DNA of 64,000 bases from Fimbriosthenelais zetlandica (taxonomy: Eukaryota), in assembly GCA_977030845.1 (NCBI GenBank), contig OZ365109.1, forward strand, positions 16,864,001-16,928,000, given 5' to 3'. Position 1 is the first letter of the stretch. Each line of letters opens with the position of its first letter. Made by a program: the position numbers and the translations under genes. This document shows, in pieces, positions 62,957 through 64,000 of the stretch. The notes beneath the pieces were generated by a model, which was not told where the DNA came from, ran no database searches, and was given only the letters and a program-made list of their open reading frames with translations.

Positions 62957-64000
62957 AGTATCTATCAAAATACTAGTTTTCATCAAAACCGTCCCAATGG
63001 TTGTCCGCATTCGCAGTGTTTTACAAAATCTTAATCCATTAACTTCAGGTCCCTTGTCTAAATCCTTGATCTAAGTCTACACATGTACATGGCATATTCC
63101 AAGTTTTTCCACAAAATCAATATGACTGATTTCTATCTGCGTGCCAGCTTGTATAGGGGGCAATGGCTTATGCCCTTCGTCCAGAATCAGAGCAGATGAA
63201 ATATTGTTAGTGCTGACCCCATGACCCGATTGGCGCACAAAATTGCAGGCCAGAGGCCCGAGACTGTACACAGTCGTACTTCTGACCTTAATGGCGATGT
63301 TTCATCCCTCGAGCTCTCCAATCTCTGGCCCTCTGAGGGCCAATGCTCTCCAATCTATCACACGCCGTTAAATCAAACGGAATGCTTGCAAGTCACAAAG
63401 GAGAGTGAGAGAGCACACCCAGTCTGACGGATTCCTGTATGGGGGATTGCACTGAAGTCCCTCCAGTGAGAGATGATAAATCAAGGATGCATGATTTATC
63501 TCAGCTTTCAACTTCTCCCTCGACATCAGAACATTTTCTGGCCTTATATCTTAATTCAGGCTAGTTGAGTGAGCTCAGGTTGGATAACCAGTCCACTATA
63601 AATGTACGTAGACTGGACCAAGAAGAATTATATACACCTGAATAAATAGCACAATACTGGCATTAAATTGGCACAGTGAAACTACTTTTAATCACCCAAT
63701 TTACTTCATTTGATTCCAAGTGATATATTGGAAGGCCAGGGGGCTGTGGATCCACGCTCCGTCACATGGCCTGACCTATATTATGCTCTAAAATCGATGT
63801 GACACTGAGTACGGCAGCTCAGGGCTTGGGTTTGGGGCTTGGGAAATCACAACAGATTAAGTTAATCTGATGTGGCTATCCAGACAGTGGCTGGGGCAGG
63901 GAGGTGGAGGCAGGAGATTGAGAGGGGCAGGACAATCATCTCTAGACCAGAAAGCCAGCCAGACATGATTAGCAGTGAAGAGAGAATGCACAGGTTCAGG

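Overview
AT-rich, intron-containing animal genomic DNA; the taxon cannot be fixed from sequence but looks like an invertebrate bilaterian. Five spliced protein-coding genes were reconstructed by hand, each with a continuous reading frame across the junctions: citrate synthase (+, 5'-truncated, 56-3716), COMMD3 (-, 5050-6685), SARNP (-, 11806-15641), an AKR1-type aldo-keto reductase (+, 16538-19574, one GC-AG intron) and a GALNT1/13-type polypeptide GalNAc-transferase (-, 23046-44548; N-terminal TM exon not found, probably beyond the window). The main discovery is in the GALNT gene, which has two separate pairs of tandemly duplicated exons. One pair (2 x 181 nt) encodes the Mn-binding His and flexible loop of the catalytic domain; the other (2 x 135 nt) encodes the lectin beta subdomain. 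Together they suggest a 2x2 splicing switch for O-glycosylation specificity, with a candidate RNA duplex and CU-rich tracts that could control it. Also present: a ~2 kb imperfect palindrome built from a composite repeat with tRNA-like modules (7.9-11 kb), strong local enrichment of TAGGCCTA near gene 5' ends, a candidate SARNP microexon, several MITEs/hairpins and mini/microsatellites. No coding sequence was recognised in 44.6-64 kb.
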